Shown here piece by piece: positions 20,736 to 31,070 of a DNA stretch of 64,000 bases. Positions within the stretch are counted from its first letter, which is position 1. Each line of letters opens with the position of its first letter. Location: positions 96,001 to 160,000 of the forward strand of contig CAWJBB010000041.1 in NCBI GenBank assembly GCA_963840855.1, in the 5' to 3' direction. The DNA is from an uncultured delta proteobacterium. Its GTDB lineage: Bacteria; Desulfobacterota; Binatia; UBA9968. A program made the position numbers and the translations under genes. The notes below the pieces were generated by a model. It worked only from the letters and a program-made list of their open reading frames with translations. It was not told the origin of the DNA and made no database searches.

Positions 20736-21767
20736 TTACTTTCGGATAAACTGATTTGTGTAGACACTGGCGGCTGAGACCTTCCCGGCTACGTCAAAGA
20801 ACTCGTTTGTGATTTTCACGGTCTTTTCCATCACGTCAGGCTTCATGTAGCCATATCCGGACGCCATCGATTCTGCTGGAATGAAAACTTCCTCCACGCC
20901 GTTCTTAATTTGAACTCTCGTCAGTTCCTGGTCCAACTCAGGTTTGAGTTTCAATAAGACTCTCAGCGCCTCTTCCTGGTGGTCGCGAGCATACCTTAGA
21001 CCCTCCATCGTTCCCTCGACGTAGGCGCGAATCATTTCCGGACGGCGTTTTATATCCTCTTCCTTGACTATGAGAGCGCTGCCGTAAATATCGAGGCCGG
21101 CTTCCCGCATGTGGATGCGCTTTAATCGAATACCTTGTTTAGCGGCAGTCATCTCCGCCACTTCATCGTTGGAGGCACGGAACATAGTGATGAAGTCGGT
21201 TTTCTTAGCCAGCAATGCCGCCGGCTGCAGGGGCGGCGCGGTCTCTTCGATTTTGATGGACTTGAAGTTTAGATTGTTGATCCTGGCAAGGGCCGGCAGC
21301 AGAAACCATTGGGCCTGTCCTGGGCTGATCGCCCACGACTTCCCCTCGAGATCTTTGAGAGTCTTGATGTCGGTCTCCTCGCGCCAGAGAACCGTGACGG
21401 CTATGTAACCGAGCTGAGCAACCGTGACGATAGGCGTGCCCCGGGATCGGCCGACTATGGCCGTTGAAACATTGGCGAAGCCCACGTCAGCCCCGCCCGC
21501 AGCAATGGTGCGGATCGTATCGGCTGAACCTGTCCCAGGCTGAATGGTCACATTCAGTCCCCGCTTGGCGTAAAAGCCTTTCTCCGAGGCAACAAACCAA
21601 GGCGCATGATTTCCTCCGACAATGAAATCCAGCCGGATGGTAACCGGAGTCTCTTTGGCTTTCTCGGCGGCGCTCAGATCGGCGGGAAAAAAACTCAGGA
21701 TGCCAACGACGCCCAGCATAGTAAGCAGAGAGGCTGTCTTTAACCGCGTTAGACCAGTGAGTTTCAT
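20736..21767 (-). CDS. NMT1/THI5-like ABC substrate-binding protein
   Basis: HAPWFVA.EKGFY..RGLNV, GTGS, DIYG..L; AGGAG RBS. Confidence 0.8.
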   Translation of the reverse strand: MKLTGLTRLKTASLLTMLGVVGILSFFPADLSAAEKAKETPVTIRLDFIVGGNHAPWFVASEKGFYAKRGLNVTIQPGTGSADTIRTIAAGGADVGFANVSTAIVGRSRGTPIVTVAQLGYIAVTVLWREETDIKTLKDLEGKSWAISPGQAQWFLLPALARINNLNFKSIKIEETAPPLQPAALLAKKTDFITMFRASNDEVAEMTAAKQGIRLKRIHMREAGLDIYGSALIVKEEDIKRRPEMIRAYVEGTMEGLRYARDHQEEALRVLLKLKPELDQELTRVQIKNGVEEVFIPAESMASGYGYMKPDVMEKTVKITNEFFDVAGKVSAASVYTNQFIRK

Positions 21768-21807
21768 GATTGTCTCCTTCCAGGTGTTTTTGCCGCGCTT
21801 GGCGCGC

Positions 21808-22449
21808 TTAGCCGGGCCCATAGATGATAATGCCCATCGGCGTGGCCTTGAATCCGTTGCACGGGTTGCGCTCCTGCGGGCAGTTAGACACTGCTACAAG
21901 CAGGTTCATTTCGGCCCTGAGATCATAGAAGTCACCGGCGCGGCTTGTCGGCTCTTTGATCTCCATTGACCCGTCGGGCTCGACTTCCACCCGCATGAAC
22001 GGAACAAAAGCATTGGGGATTTGTCGCTGGTTGTACCCGCGGGGAGCCAGCGCCATGGCGAAGTTGTCGCGGCAGTTGCGAGTACCGGGCACGCCGTAAC
22101 GGATGCGGTTCAGCTCCTCGCTGCACATGGGGCCGTAGGCGTAGCTTTCTTCGTTGGAGTAGCCGGCGATGGTCATCATCGGATTACAGGTGACCGAGTA
22201 AAGCACGTTGCCCTGGCGCAGCTCGCGGCGCTTGTTCAGGAGCAGACTGTTGCCCATGTTGAGGTGTTCCGTCAGATCGCCCTCGTTGAAGCAAACCAGA
22301 TCCGGTACCTGTTTGCCTTCGATGTCTACGAAGCGCAGGGTCTGCCCGCATTGAATGGTGAAAGCAGAATACTCCTTAGCCGGGATGATCCATTCTTGCA
22401 CGATCGTGCCCGGTACGGGATAAAGCCGCATCGCTTGGTCGTTCGCCAT
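21808..22449 (-). CDS. DUF1989 / urea carboxylase-associated family protein
   Basis: GQTLRFVDIEGKQVPDL, NCRDNF, LRAEMNLLVAVSNCPQ..NPCNG. Confidence 0.85.
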   Translation of the reverse strand: MANDQAMRLYPVPGTIVQEWIIPAKEYSAFTIQCGQTLRFVDIEGKQVPDLVCFNEGDLTEHLNMGNSLLLNKRRELRQGNVLYSVTCNPMMTIAGYSNEESYAYGPMCSEELNRIRYGVPGTRNCRDNFAMALAPRGYNQRQIPNAFVPFMRVEVEPDGSMEIKEPTSRAGDFYDLRAEMNLLVAVSNCPQERNPCNGFKATPMGIIIYGPG

Positions 22450-22496
22450 TCTCCCCGCCTTTCTGTTATCTCGCGTGATCTCAAGCGCAGACAACT

Positions 22497-23561
22497 CTAT
22501 CGATTGGGCAGCGGATCGGCGCCGGAGAGCTTCTTGTACAGTTCTATGGTTTCTTTGTCGCGGGGAATCTCACGGATCGCGCCTTGATAATCTTCCGGAT
22601 TGATCGGGGAAGGTTCATCGCCGACGAGCTTGCGATAATCCTTTTCAAAATCAGGGTCCTCATAGGCCTTGCGAAATGCGGTTTGGAGTATTTGCACCCG
22701 GTCTCTGGGGGTCCCGGGACCGACGAAGTATGGCGATCCTGCGCCGCGCAGTATCCGGAACATAGCGATGAGTTTTCGCTCCTTTTCCGATCGAGCGAAT
22801 GTTTCCAGATCCGGAAGATGGGCAAATTGTGGAATTTTTTTTCCTTTCGGGACCTCGATGACAGCGTGGACATGCGCTGAGGCCTTCTCAAACAAGTCGG
22901 GTTGTCTTTTCAGAAGCGAAAGAGAAGACTCCGAGCGCGCGTCGATCTCACCCCGCGCCAGAGCGATGTCCTGTTCGGGTGATGAGTAACTGGCGATGAA
23001 CTTTGGATTCTTCAAGCCGAGGATATAGGCAAAAAAGCGCCCAGTGAGGTAAATCGGATGCCCGACTGCGTGGGAGCCAAGCCTGACGCCGTCGGCGGCG
23101 CGGAGCTTTTCCAAAGTGTCCCAACCGGCTTCGCGCCGGGTCAGAAAACTGTAATGAGTTTCGCTTTCCGAAGTGCCGAGAAAGGTGAACTTGTCCAGGT
23201 CATACAGGACGCCCGTTTCGCCCAGGATCGCGCTTGCCAGAATGCCGCCGGGCCCGCTGCCAAGGGTCAAACCATCGGATCGACCGTATACGTGATTGGC
23301 GGCTTTGCGCCCGCCGCCGCCTTCCATAAAATCGACCAAGATCGTTGGCTGTCCCGGAATGTGCTTCTTCAGATACGGGATCAACGCCCGCATTCGCGTC
23401 TCGCCAATTCCCCCCGGAGTGCTGCCGCGAGCTATAGTGATGGTCTTGCCCTGATAGAAGGGAGCCTGCCCGAAAGCTCTCCGGACCGGCGCCACCAAGA
23501 AAATTAGAATCAATAGCGCGACGACGTGCACCGAACGCGTCCATTCGATGTGGAGCTTCAT
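22497..23561 (-). CDS. Bug/TctC-like tripartite tricarboxylate transporter substrate-binding protein
   Basis: FYQGKTITI..G.TPGG, KHIPGQP.I.V.FM.GGGG, DGLTLG, GPGTP.DRV..L. Confidence 0.75.
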   Translation of the reverse strand: MKLHIEWTRSVHVVALLILIFLVAPVRRAFGQAPFYQGKTITIARGSTPGGIGETRMRALIPYLKKHIPGQPTILVDFMEGGGGRKAANHVYGRSDGLTLGSGPGGILASAILGETGVLYDLDKFTFLGTSESETHYSFLTRREAGWDTLEKLRAADGVRLGSHAVGHPIYLTGRFFAYILGLKNPKFIASYSSPEQDIALARGEIDARSESSLSLLKRQPDLFEKASAHVHAVIEVPKGKKIPQFAHLPDLETFARSEKERKLIAMFRILRGAGSPYFVGPGTPRDRVQILQTAFRKAYEDPDFEKDYRKLVGDEPSPINPEDYQGAIREIPRDKETIELYKKLSGADPLPNR

Positions 23562-23799
23562 TGTTTACCTCAACTACCATGTGGGAAGCTGGCCCGAATA
23601 TATAGCGAAGGTTGGGCGCGGACAAGAAGAAAAACGCCACGGATCTTTGAACGCGACCGCCGTGATCTCTGGTCTACGAAGTCAGTTTTTACCAGGGTAT
23701 CGCGGTCAGTCCTTTACTGCGCGTCGGCGGGAAATAATCACTGTCCGCAAACCGAGACAAAATTGACATACTGGCTCCATAGCGGTTACTGTTTACAGA

Positions 23800-24264
23800 A
23801 TGAACCTGCCCCTTCCGGAGGCCGATGCCGCGACCGCTGCCGAGGTGCGCGATTGGCTCGACCGCTTCGCCGCCTGCGTGCGGGACGTGGACTATGCGGC
23901 GGCGCGGCCGTTCTGGCACCCCGAGATCGTCATCTTCGGCACCTACCAGGAACTGGTGCGGAACCTGTCGGCCTGGACGGAGCGCCAATGGGACAATGTA
24001 TGGCCGCGCACGGCGGAGTTCCGTTTTGATCTGGCGAACGCCATGGTCATGGCCTCGCCGGACGGCGCGATGGCAGTCGCGATCGCGCCTTGGACCAGCA
24101 CAGGTTTCCACGCGGACGGAACGTCCTTCGACCGCCCGGGCCGCGCCACCATCGTGCTGGCGAGGCAGCCGGATCGGAGCTGGCTAGGCGTACATTCGCA
24201 CATGTCGCTGGCGCGCGGCGTGCCGCAGGATAGCCATGGAAAACGGCCGGTGAAGGCGTGGTAG
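23800..24264 (+). CDS. SnoaL/NTF2-like fold protein
   Basis: GRATIVL....W..VHSH.S C-terminal signature. Confidence 0.75.
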   Translation: MNLPLPEADAATAAEVRDWLDRFAACVRDVDYAAARPFWHPEIVIFGTYQELVRNLSAWTERQWDNVWPRTAEFRFDLANAMVMASPDGAMAVAIAPWTSTGFHADGTSFDRPGRATIVLARQPDRSWLGVHSHMSLARGVPQDSHGKRPVKAW

Positions 24265-24275
24265 GTGTGGGTGTT

Positions 24276-25391
24276 TCACTTCTTCTGGGTTTCTTCCAAC
24301 GCTTGACTAACAACTTTTTCCACCGGCTTCATATCCATCCACTCGGGATTCCACATGACGTGATATTTGACTCCTTCGCGCCGCCGCATCATCGGATGCA
24401 CGTCTGTCTTGGGGATGTCGGTCCTTAGCGAATCGGTTCGTCCGGCAAGCTCGGGGTCTCTTTGCACTGCCAATTGCCCATCTCGAGATAGCAACCAGTT
24501 GAGCAATACCTTGGCGGCATTGGGATGAGCCGGCTTATCCATCAGCGCGTACGCGCCGGCAATCGGGTCCAAGCCGGCGCCTTCCTTCCAGCCGGTGGTA
24601 TCAAGAACCTGCACAGGGAGTCCTTGTTGGCTCGCGGTCAAGGTGTCGTCCGACTGGCTGAAGAGAAACAGCGCATACTGCTTTTGCGCCAACCAATCCG
24701 TTGCTTGGCGGTAATCGCGCGATAATTTTAAGTCGGTCTCGCTTAACAGGCGGCGCAAGTACTGGGGCCCGAGCTCCGGATTATAAAAGAGGAAGCGCGA
24801 TCCATTACGGCCCTCTCCCGTGCGCGGATCCGTAGCGACGATTTTGCCCTTCCATCTGGGGTTGAGCAGATCCCAGAAAGACTTTAAATCGGCCGGATTT
24901 ACGAGATCCTTGTTGTAGCTGGCGAAACGTAAATAAGCGCTCGCGGCGGAGATAAAAAGATACCTGCCTTCGGGATCCGTATAGTGATGCTTACCTTGCC
25001 ACCATTTTGACGGGTCCTTGACTTCGGCAAGAATCAACGCCGGACTCACGGGCTGCAACGTTTTGGCTCGATGGAGCGAGTGCGCTGAAGTCAATCCGCA
25101 GCGCACCACATCGCCGAGATACTTCCCGGCCCGCCTTTCCGTCATGATGCGCGACACTATGTCACTGCAGGACGCCGAAACAACCACCGTTTTTATTTTA
25201 GGAAAGGCCTTGTGAAACTCTTCCAGAAATCGATGGCTGCCGCTGGCGGAATAGACCACCTGTCCTTCTTGCTCTGCGGCCTTGACGGTTTTTTCCCATT
25301 CGGCTTGCCCGGGCGCTTCCGCCGCCACCACCCTGCTCGGAGCGCTGAGCTGGCAGAGGAAAAAAACAACAGGGAAAACAATTTTAGCCAT
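24276..25391 (-). CDS. ABC-type extracellular solute-binding protein
   Basis: WEKTVKAAEQEG, WDLLNPRWKGKI, PAHPNAAKVLLNWLLS; listed N-terminal extension runs through a repeat and is excluded. Confidence 0.8.
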   Translation of the reverse strand: MAKIVFPVVFFLCQLSAPSRVVAAEAPGQAEWEKTVKAAEQEGQVVYSASGSHRFLEEFHKAFPKIKTVVVSASCSDIVSRIMTERRAGKYLGDVVRCGLTSAHSLHRAKTLQPVSPALILAEVKDPSKWWQGKHHYTDPEGRYLFISAASAYLRFASYNKDLVNPADLKSFWDLLNPRWKGKIVATDPRTGEGRNGSRFLFYNPELGPQYLRRLLSETDLKLSRDYRQATDWLAQKQYALFLFSQSDDTLTASQQGLPVQVLDTTGWKEGAGLDPIAGAYALMDKPAHPNAAKVLLNWLLSRDGQLAVQRDPELAGRTDSLRTDIPKTDVHPMMRRREGVKYHVMWNPEWMDMKPVEKVVSQALEETQKK

Positions 25392-25529
25392 GCTCTTTCC
25401 ATTCATCAGGGCTTTCCTCCTGTCCATTGCCAAAAATTCGCCGGCGATGTTGGAACCAAAGGGGAAAAGAGATTTAAGCACAAAGCGCAGAACGCGGCAA
25501 AGCCGCAACCAAAAGAATCGGAATATCTC

Positions 25530-25600
25530 GCGCAAAGACGCAAAGGCGCAAAGGTAAAAACTAAAAGTTTCCGAACTTGGCGTCTTGGCGACTTGGCGCG
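25530..25600. repeat. Octamer inverted arrays (CGCAAAGn)x3 ... (CTTGGCGn)x3
   Basis: cgcaaagacgcaaaggcgcaaagg ... cttggcgtcttggcgacttggcgcg between divergent genes. Confidence 0.7.
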
Positions 25601-25743
25601 AGTAAATCCCTGTCTTGGAGGTTACGGACAACGGAAAAATTTGCGCAACTAGATGCGAAGGAAGCGAAGAACAAACGCAAGAAGACTATCTTCGAGGTGA
25701 GACCATATTTTCTTGTCGATTCGCGTGCTATCTTGGAACGATT

Positions 25744-27036
25744 ATGAATGACAATCAGGCAGATGAATTCATCGCAAAGCCGGCGATGACGGGGGCGGCG
25801 GGTAAGAACGAGGCAAAACGCTTTAAGTTTGCAACATTTTCTTCCCTGAAACATAGAAACTTTCGATACCTTTGGAGCGGCACGTTGCTGATGGGCGCCG
25901 GCCAGTGGGTCCAGCAGGTAACCTTAGGATGGCTGCTCTATGATCTGACGGGCTCTTCGATCCTGCTCGGACTGCTCAACGGCGCGCGCTCGATACCCTT
26001 TCTGGTCGCGGGACCAATCGCAGGGGTTGTCGCAGACCGGGTGGACCGGCGCAATCTGCTGCTCCAGGCCGAGCAGTTCTTATTTGCAACCACCTTCGTC
26101 ATGGGGTGGTTAGCAGCGACGGGGTCTGTAGCGCCCTGGCATTTGTTCGTTTTTACCTTGGCGACTGGCATAGCATGGTCGTTTACGGATCCGGTGCGAC
26201 AGAGCCTGATTCCAAACGTCGTGCCCAAGGAAGACCTTATAAATGCCGTCGCGCTCAACTCCATAGCCAACAACGCGACTAAAGTCATGGGACCGGCTCT
26301 GGGTGGACTGCTTATCGCCATGTTCGGGGTGGCGGGAAACTTTTTCGTTCAATCCCTCGCTTATGCCGGCGTGCTGATCATGATCTACTGGATGGTGGTT
26401 CCACGGACACCAATCCAAGCGCGGCAGTCATCAATGTTCTCTAACATGAAAGAGGGGCTGGCGTACGTTTGGTCAAACTCATTGGTGTTGGCCCTGATCT
26501 TGATCGCGTTGGTGCCGCGCCTTTTAGCGGTGCCATATCAAACGTTGATGCCGATCTTCCAGAAGGACGTGCTCCGCGTCGGGCCTGCCGGCCTTGGCAT
26601 GTTGATGGCTGCTCCCGGAGTGGGCGGGTTGATCGCTTTGCTGACCTTGGCGACTATCGCCGGCGGGGTCAGACGACAAGGCATTTTGATGCTCACTTCA
26701 GTTATGTTGCTCGGTATCTTCCTGATGATATTTTCTCAAACCACATCCTTCCGTCTAGCGCTGGTGGCGCTCGTCGGTGTGGGCAGCTGCCAGGTTCTTT
26801 TTAATGCCACCGTCAATACCCTGCTGCATCTGACTATTCCCGATCGACTTCGAGGTAGGGTTATGAGCATCTACATGCTCGATCGTGGTTTGATGCCTGC
26901 CGGCGCGTTATTGGCCGGGGTCAGCGCCCATTTTATTGGCGCGCCGGCGACGACAGGGCTCATGGGGTTTGCCGTCTTTTTGCTGGCAATTTTTCTGGCG
27001 TGGCGCGTGCCCGTCATACGCCGGGTCGAAATATGA
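25744..27036 (+). CDS. MFS transporter (DUF894/MFS_3-like)
   Basis: SLKHRNFRYLW, GVVADRVDRR, P..LRGRVMS; about 12 TM segments. Confidence 0.85.
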   Translation: MNDNQADEFIAKPAMTGAAGKNEAKRFKFATFSSLKHRNFRYLWSGTLLMGAGQWVQQVTLGWLLYDLTGSSILLGLLNGARSIPFLVAGPIAGVVADRVDRRNLLLQAEQFLFATTFVMGWLAATGSVAPWHLFVFTLATGIAWSFTDPVRQSLIPNVVPKEDLINAVALNSIANNATKVMGPALGGLLIAMFGVAGNFFVQSLAYAGVLIMIYWMVVPRTPIQARQSSMFSNMKEGLAYVWSNSLVLALILIALVPRLLAVPYQTLMPIFQKDVLRVGPAGLGMLMAAPGVGGLIALLTLATIAGGVRRQGILMLTSVMLLGIFLMIFSQTTSFRLALVALVGVGSCQVLFNATVNTLLHLTIPDRLRGRVMSIYMLDRGLMPAGALLAGVSAHFIGAPATTGLMGFAVFLLAIFLAWRVPVIRRVEI

Positions 27037-27059
27037 CGTCGAGCACACTGCGTGTGCGC

Positions 27060-27110
27060 AGTTCAAAGTTCAAGGTTCAACGTGGGGATGGGTCTTTGAA
27101 CATTAAACCC
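27060..27110. repeat. Heptamer GTTCAAn inverted array (same family as 6395)
   Basis: agttcaaagttcaaggttcaacg ... ctttgaacattaaacc. Confidence 0.65.
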
Positions 27111-27211
27111 CGCGGGTTTCACCCGCGGCCGGAAGTTGACATGACGCTTCGTTATGGATACGCTCCGGCCCAAAAAGAAACTTCCTATCTTTCAGACAAA
27201 GGAGTTCTCAT

Positions 27212-28285
27212 ATGAAAACCCGTTTGGCGGCGGCGCTCTTCTTCTTCCTAGGGTGTTGGTTCTCAATCTCCTACGCCAGAGCGGCTTCGGATGGCTATCA
27301 AATGGTCGGCAGCCATGGGGAAATCGTCGCCAAAGCCAAAAAAGAAGCTAAACTCAACGTGATTTCCTCTTTGGATGCCGGAACCTTCAAGCCGATGATG
27401 CAATCTTTTGCGAAGAAATACCCGTTCATCGAAGTGCGTATGCAGGAGATTGGCGGGCCCGAAGCGTTGCAGCGCTTCCTCCTTGAATTGAAAGCGGGCA
27501 CCGTCAAGGACTTTGACACCTCGGAAGCGAGTTCGGAATTCTTTCTCGAATTCGCCGCTCATGCGATGAAAATGGATATTCTAAACATGGCGCAAAAGGG
27601 GATCCTCGGACTCGATCCCAAAATGGTCGATCCCGAGTCCCGCGCCGTTGTAGCAGTGGCCAGCTCCATCTGCTCGATTGCTTATAATAAGAACCGGCTG
27701 GCGCCGAACGCGGTTCCCGACAAGTGGGAGGATTTTCTTAAACCCGAATTCAAGGGACGAAAATTTATCGCGGATATCCGGCCCCAGTGCATGGCGTCCA
27801 TGATGGCGGGAATGGGCGAGGAGTGGGTGATAAAATATGCTCGTCAGATAAAGGAACAACAGCCCGTCTGGCTGCGCGGCAATGCGCGGGCCATGGGTGC
27901 CCTCGCAAGTGGAGAACAGGCTCTTCACCAGATGACTTTCTATAACAGCTGTGTCGAAGCGGCTAAAAAGGACCCCACTCAATCGTTGGTGTGCAAGATC
28001 CTGGAGCCAACGCCGGTGTACTTGCGTGAGAACCAGTTTATTCTCAAGAACGCTCCACATCCACACACGGCGCTCCTGTTCATCGAGCATATGGGGAGCC
28101 GCGAAGGTCAAAAAGTGATCGACGATTTTGAGCCGATCAAATCCAGCATATACGCGGACGGAGAAGTGTCAAAGCTAACCAAAGGCAAGAAGCTCGCGGT
28201 CAACGACCACCGGACATTCCAGAATACGCCGAAATGGATGAATATGGTCGTGGACGCGTATGGCCTGCCGCGCGCGGAAAAGTAA
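27212..28285 (+). CDS. ABC-type extracellular solute-binding protein
   Basis: Signal peptide, AKKEAKL, WEDFLKPEFKGRK, NAPHPHTALLF. Confidence 0.8.
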   Translation: MKTRLAAALFFFLGCWFSISYARAASDGYQMVGSHGEIVAKAKKEAKLNVISSLDAGTFKPMMQSFAKKYPFIEVRMQEIGGPEALQRFLLELKAGTVKDFDTSEASSEFFLEFAAHAMKMDILNMAQKGILGLDPKMVDPESRAVVAVASSICSIAYNKNRLAPNAVPDKWEDFLKPEFKGRKFIADIRPQCMASMMAGMGEEWVIKYARQIKEQQPVWLRGNARAMGALASGEQALHQMTFYNSCVEAAKKDPTQSLVCKILEPTPVYLRENQFILKNAPHPHTALLFIEHMGSREGQKVIDDFEPIKSSIYADGEVSKLTKGKKLAVNDHRTFQNTPKWMNMVVDAYGLPRAEK

Positions 28286-28342
28286 AAATGGGGGTCGGTA
28301 ACCGCCCATTCGCCTTAGCTCGTCCGTCAATACTCCGAGCAC

Positions 28343-29195
28343 TCAAGGGTGGCCGGCAGAAGGGCATGCCGAAGGGGCCAGCTCTTTAAGAAATTTCATG
28401 GTTTGTTCTCTGACGCTTGCCCTTGGCAGGAAATGGCCATGCTCCGGATAGAGCACAAGCTGGTGGCGGGTTCCCGCTGCCTTTAGTTGGTCGCGCAGCA
28501 AAAGGGACTGGTTGACAGGGATCAGCTTGTCCTGCTCGCCGTGCAAGATGAGGGTCGGCGTGCGCCAGCGCGATTCTGCGCCAAGAAAACTCACCAGTTT
28601 CGGATTGACGTCGCCGTTGGGGTTGAGCATCTTGCGCACCCAGAAGCTCGGCGTTTCGCGGTAAAGCCGCGCCAGGTCGTAGGCGCCGGCATAAAGCACC
28701 GCGCCGCTCACGTCTTTGACCTCGTTGATCATCGCCGCCGCGACGGTAGCGCCGCGCGAAACTCCATAAAACATCAGCCGCTGTTGATCGATCCAGGTGA
28801 TTTGCTTTGCGACCGAAAGACCGTCCTTCACGACCTGCCGGGTGGTCTCTTCGATTGAGCCGTCGGCAACTTGCGTCGAGCCGTAACCCGGAAGCGATAT
28901 GGCAACGCTGGCAAAGCAAAGCTCGTTGGCTAAAGCCTGGGCAGTCCCGAGAACCTGTTCAGCGCCCCTACCGGCTGAGGCTATGCCCATGCAATAGAAT
29001 CACCAACGGGAAAGGACCGGCACCGCGCGGTCGGGCGACGTAAGCCTCCACTTTTCCGCCGGCGCTGGGATAAAAGAAACGGGCCGTTTGCTCCCCTTGG
29101 AGGGTTGCCAGTTGCTTATACGGTACGACCCGAACCGCGTTACAGGCAAATAGAAATAACAAGCTGATGGCGACGAGTCCGGATTTTTTGACCAT
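28343..29195 (-). CDS. Alpha/beta hydrolase (S9 peptidase-like) lipoprotein, frameshift near 28980
   Basis: Lipobox LFAC, PLVILLHG, GVSRG nucleophile elbow, LILHGEQD, GH; split across ORFs 28968 and 28343. Confidence 0.75.
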
Positions 29196-29275
29196 GGCTG
29201 ATTCTAACGGCCTCGCGGAAAAAAACAATGCCGTCAAACTGCGCAGGTCCTTAAAACAGCCTGAGAAGAGTGTGG

Positions 29276-29304
29276 TTGAAAAATATATGCCTGTAAGTTT
29301 TAAT
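29276..29304 (+). promoter_or_regulatory. Sigma-70 promoter of the tRNA-Ser locus, copy 1
   Basis: TTGAAA-N17-TTTAAT; homologous to promoters at 31305 and 32490. Confidence 0.65.
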
Positions 29305-29337
29305 GACCGTGTCCCGCGTAAATCACTCAATTTCATT

Positions 29338-29354
29338 ATTGCGGAGGGGTGGGA
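29338..29354 (+). repeat. 5' stub of tRNA-Ser (17-bp direct repeat)
   Basis: ATTGCGGAGGGGTGGGA, identical to the start of the tRNA copies at 31372 and 32557. Confidence 0.75.
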
Positions 29355-29363
29355 AATTCTGAA

Positions 29364-29657
29364 ATGGACAAACTGACAGCGGAAGAGCGCCAGGAAATGT
29401 TACACCTCAAGAGATTTTTATCAAAAAATCCGTACGGCGGTCTTCTATCCGATGAACAGGTCTTGGCAATAATCCGCGATGCGGATGAACTGGTCAAAAT
29501 TCCTAGCTTCGTTGATGAAGGATTGCGCAAGGAAAAAGCACAATCACGGTCGGATCGCGAAAGGCTGAAACATCTATTGACACAAGGGAGGATGACAACT
29601 GAAGAATGGGGAGAGATGGCCGAACTCCTCGATCAGCGTTACCCGAAAGGATCCTAA
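29364..29657 (+). CDS. Hypothetical protein (97 aa)
   Basis: ORF starting just after the tRNA stub; helical charged composition. Confidence 0.45.
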   Translation: MDKLTAEERQEMLHLKRFLSKNPYGGLLSDEQVLAIIRDADELVKIPSFVDEGLRKEKAQSRSDRERLKHLLTQGRMTTEEWGEMAELLDQRYPKGS

Positions 29658-29685
29658 GCAAAGCACAAAGTAGACTGAAATTATG

Positions 29686-31065
29686 CGATCATCGCGTCTT
29701 TGTGTGGGTGATTTCAGGTCATTTTAGAGGGCAGACAGCATGCACGTGAGAATCTTCAGTCGCAGATATTCTTCATCGCGCAGGCCGTACGCGCGTCGTT
29801 GGATGACGCGGATCTTGTTGTTCAGTCCCTCCACGAAGCCAAGTGCGACCTTGTTCTCTGGCTTGCAATAAGCTGCAATCCCATCCCAATGACGATCAAT
29901 CATCTGAGCGAATTTCTCATAAGGTTTGAGCCGCTGCCATTTCAGAGAAGCGCGCCAGTTCTCGAAGAAGCGTCGCGCCCAGCCCTCGTGCTCGTAGCTC
30001 CACAGCTGACCGAAAGACTCCCGAAGCAGATAAGCGGTGTTGAGCCGCTTGTTAGCCGCGAGCAAGGTCTTGAGCGCTTGGCGTCCTTCCAAGGTCAGGT
30101 TCTCCCGGCGCGAAAGCAGGTTGTATTTCTGCCCTTTGATGTAGCGGCGCTGTTTACCAGTGAGCCGGGCATACTCGCTCTTTCGGACCTTGTCCAGCGC
30201 TTCACCCAGATGACGCAGCACATGGAACTTATCGAACAAAATGGCTGCTTGAGGGGCGTGGGCTTGAGTGGCGTTGCGAAATGGCTTCCACATGTCCATC
30301 ACCGCCAAGCGAATACGGCGCCGCTTGCTCGCTCCAAGCCAGTTATAAAATTCACCCATACTGGCCTCCGAGCGGTCCTGGCCACCAAACCAGATCGGCC
30401 GGCGACGAATGAGATCGCTGACCACGATGCGGTAGGTGTGCCGCTTTCTGATCGAGATTTCATCAATGCCAATCACCTTCGGTCCCGGCCTGCCCGCCTT
30501 TGCGAGCTGCGCAGTCATGTATTGTTTGTCGAGCTCCTTGACCGCGTGCCAGTCGAGCTTGAGCTCCTCGGCGATATCCTTGATCGTGGTAGAGCGACAG
30601 CGCCGCCCCACGTAATAGGCAAAGCGCTTGGTGTAAAACGGGTTGTCGGCCAAAAACTCCAACCGCTCGCGCTTCACTTTGCCGCAACTGCGGCACTCGA
30701 CACGGCGCACTTCGAAATTGAGATAAATGCGCATGTCGCCGCACGACAGATCGCGAACCTGCCGCCTGGTGCGGTCGTAGACAGCTCCAGTGAAGGGTGG
30801 CGCACAAACCGCAAAGCGTTTTTTTGAGCGTCGGGTAAGTGTAATGACACGCGCCTTGGGGTCACCGAAGACACCACGAAGACGAGTCCGGGGACAACAA
30901 CCCGGGAAACGATATGCGTCCAGCAAACCTTTGCGTTTGGTAGAAGTGGCCATCGAGAAATCATGCCAACTTTTCGCTCCACTTCAAACTCTGCAAAGCC
31001 AGTACTGGTGCGACTTTCAACCATGCTCAGCATCAAAAAACGCCCATACTCTTATGCGAAGATCG
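29686..31065 (-). mobile_element. ISL3-family insertion sequence (1380 bp)
   Basis: Imperfect IRs cgatcatcgcgtctttgtgtgggtg / cgatcttcgcataagagtatgggcg; 8-bp DR AAATTATG at 29678-29685 and 31066-31073. Confidence 0.88.
29724..30953 (-). CDS. ISL3-family transposase
   Basis: IGIDE, MDMWKPF, DKFH, EGLNNKIRVIQRRAYG. Confidence 0.92.
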   Translation of the reverse strand: MATSTKRKGLLDAYRFPGCCPRTRLRGVFGDPKARVITLTRRSKKRFAVCAPPFTGAVYDRTRRQVRDLSCGDMRIYLNFEVRRVECRSCGKVKRERLEFLADNPFYTKRFAYYVGRRCRSTTIKDIAEELKLDWHAVKELDKQYMTAQLAKAGRPGPKVIGIDEISIRKRHTYRIVVSDLIRRRPIWFGGQDRSEASMGEFYNWLGASKRRRIRLAVMDMWKPFRNATQAHAPQAAILFDKFHVLRHLGEALDKVRKSEYARLTGKQRRYIKGQKYNLLSRRENLTLEGRQALKTLLAANKRLNTAYLLRESFGQLWSYEHEGWARRFFENWRASLKWQRLKPYEKFAQMIDRHWDGIAAYCKPENKVALGFVEGLNNKIRVIQRRAYGLRDEEYLRLKILTCMLSAL

Positions 31066-31070
31066 AAATT

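Noticed and set aside
25392-25743. Long N-terminal extensions of ORFs 24276-25631 and 25615-27036
   Set aside because: They run through an intergenic octamer repeat (LCAFASLRE-type translation); downstream starts fit the families better
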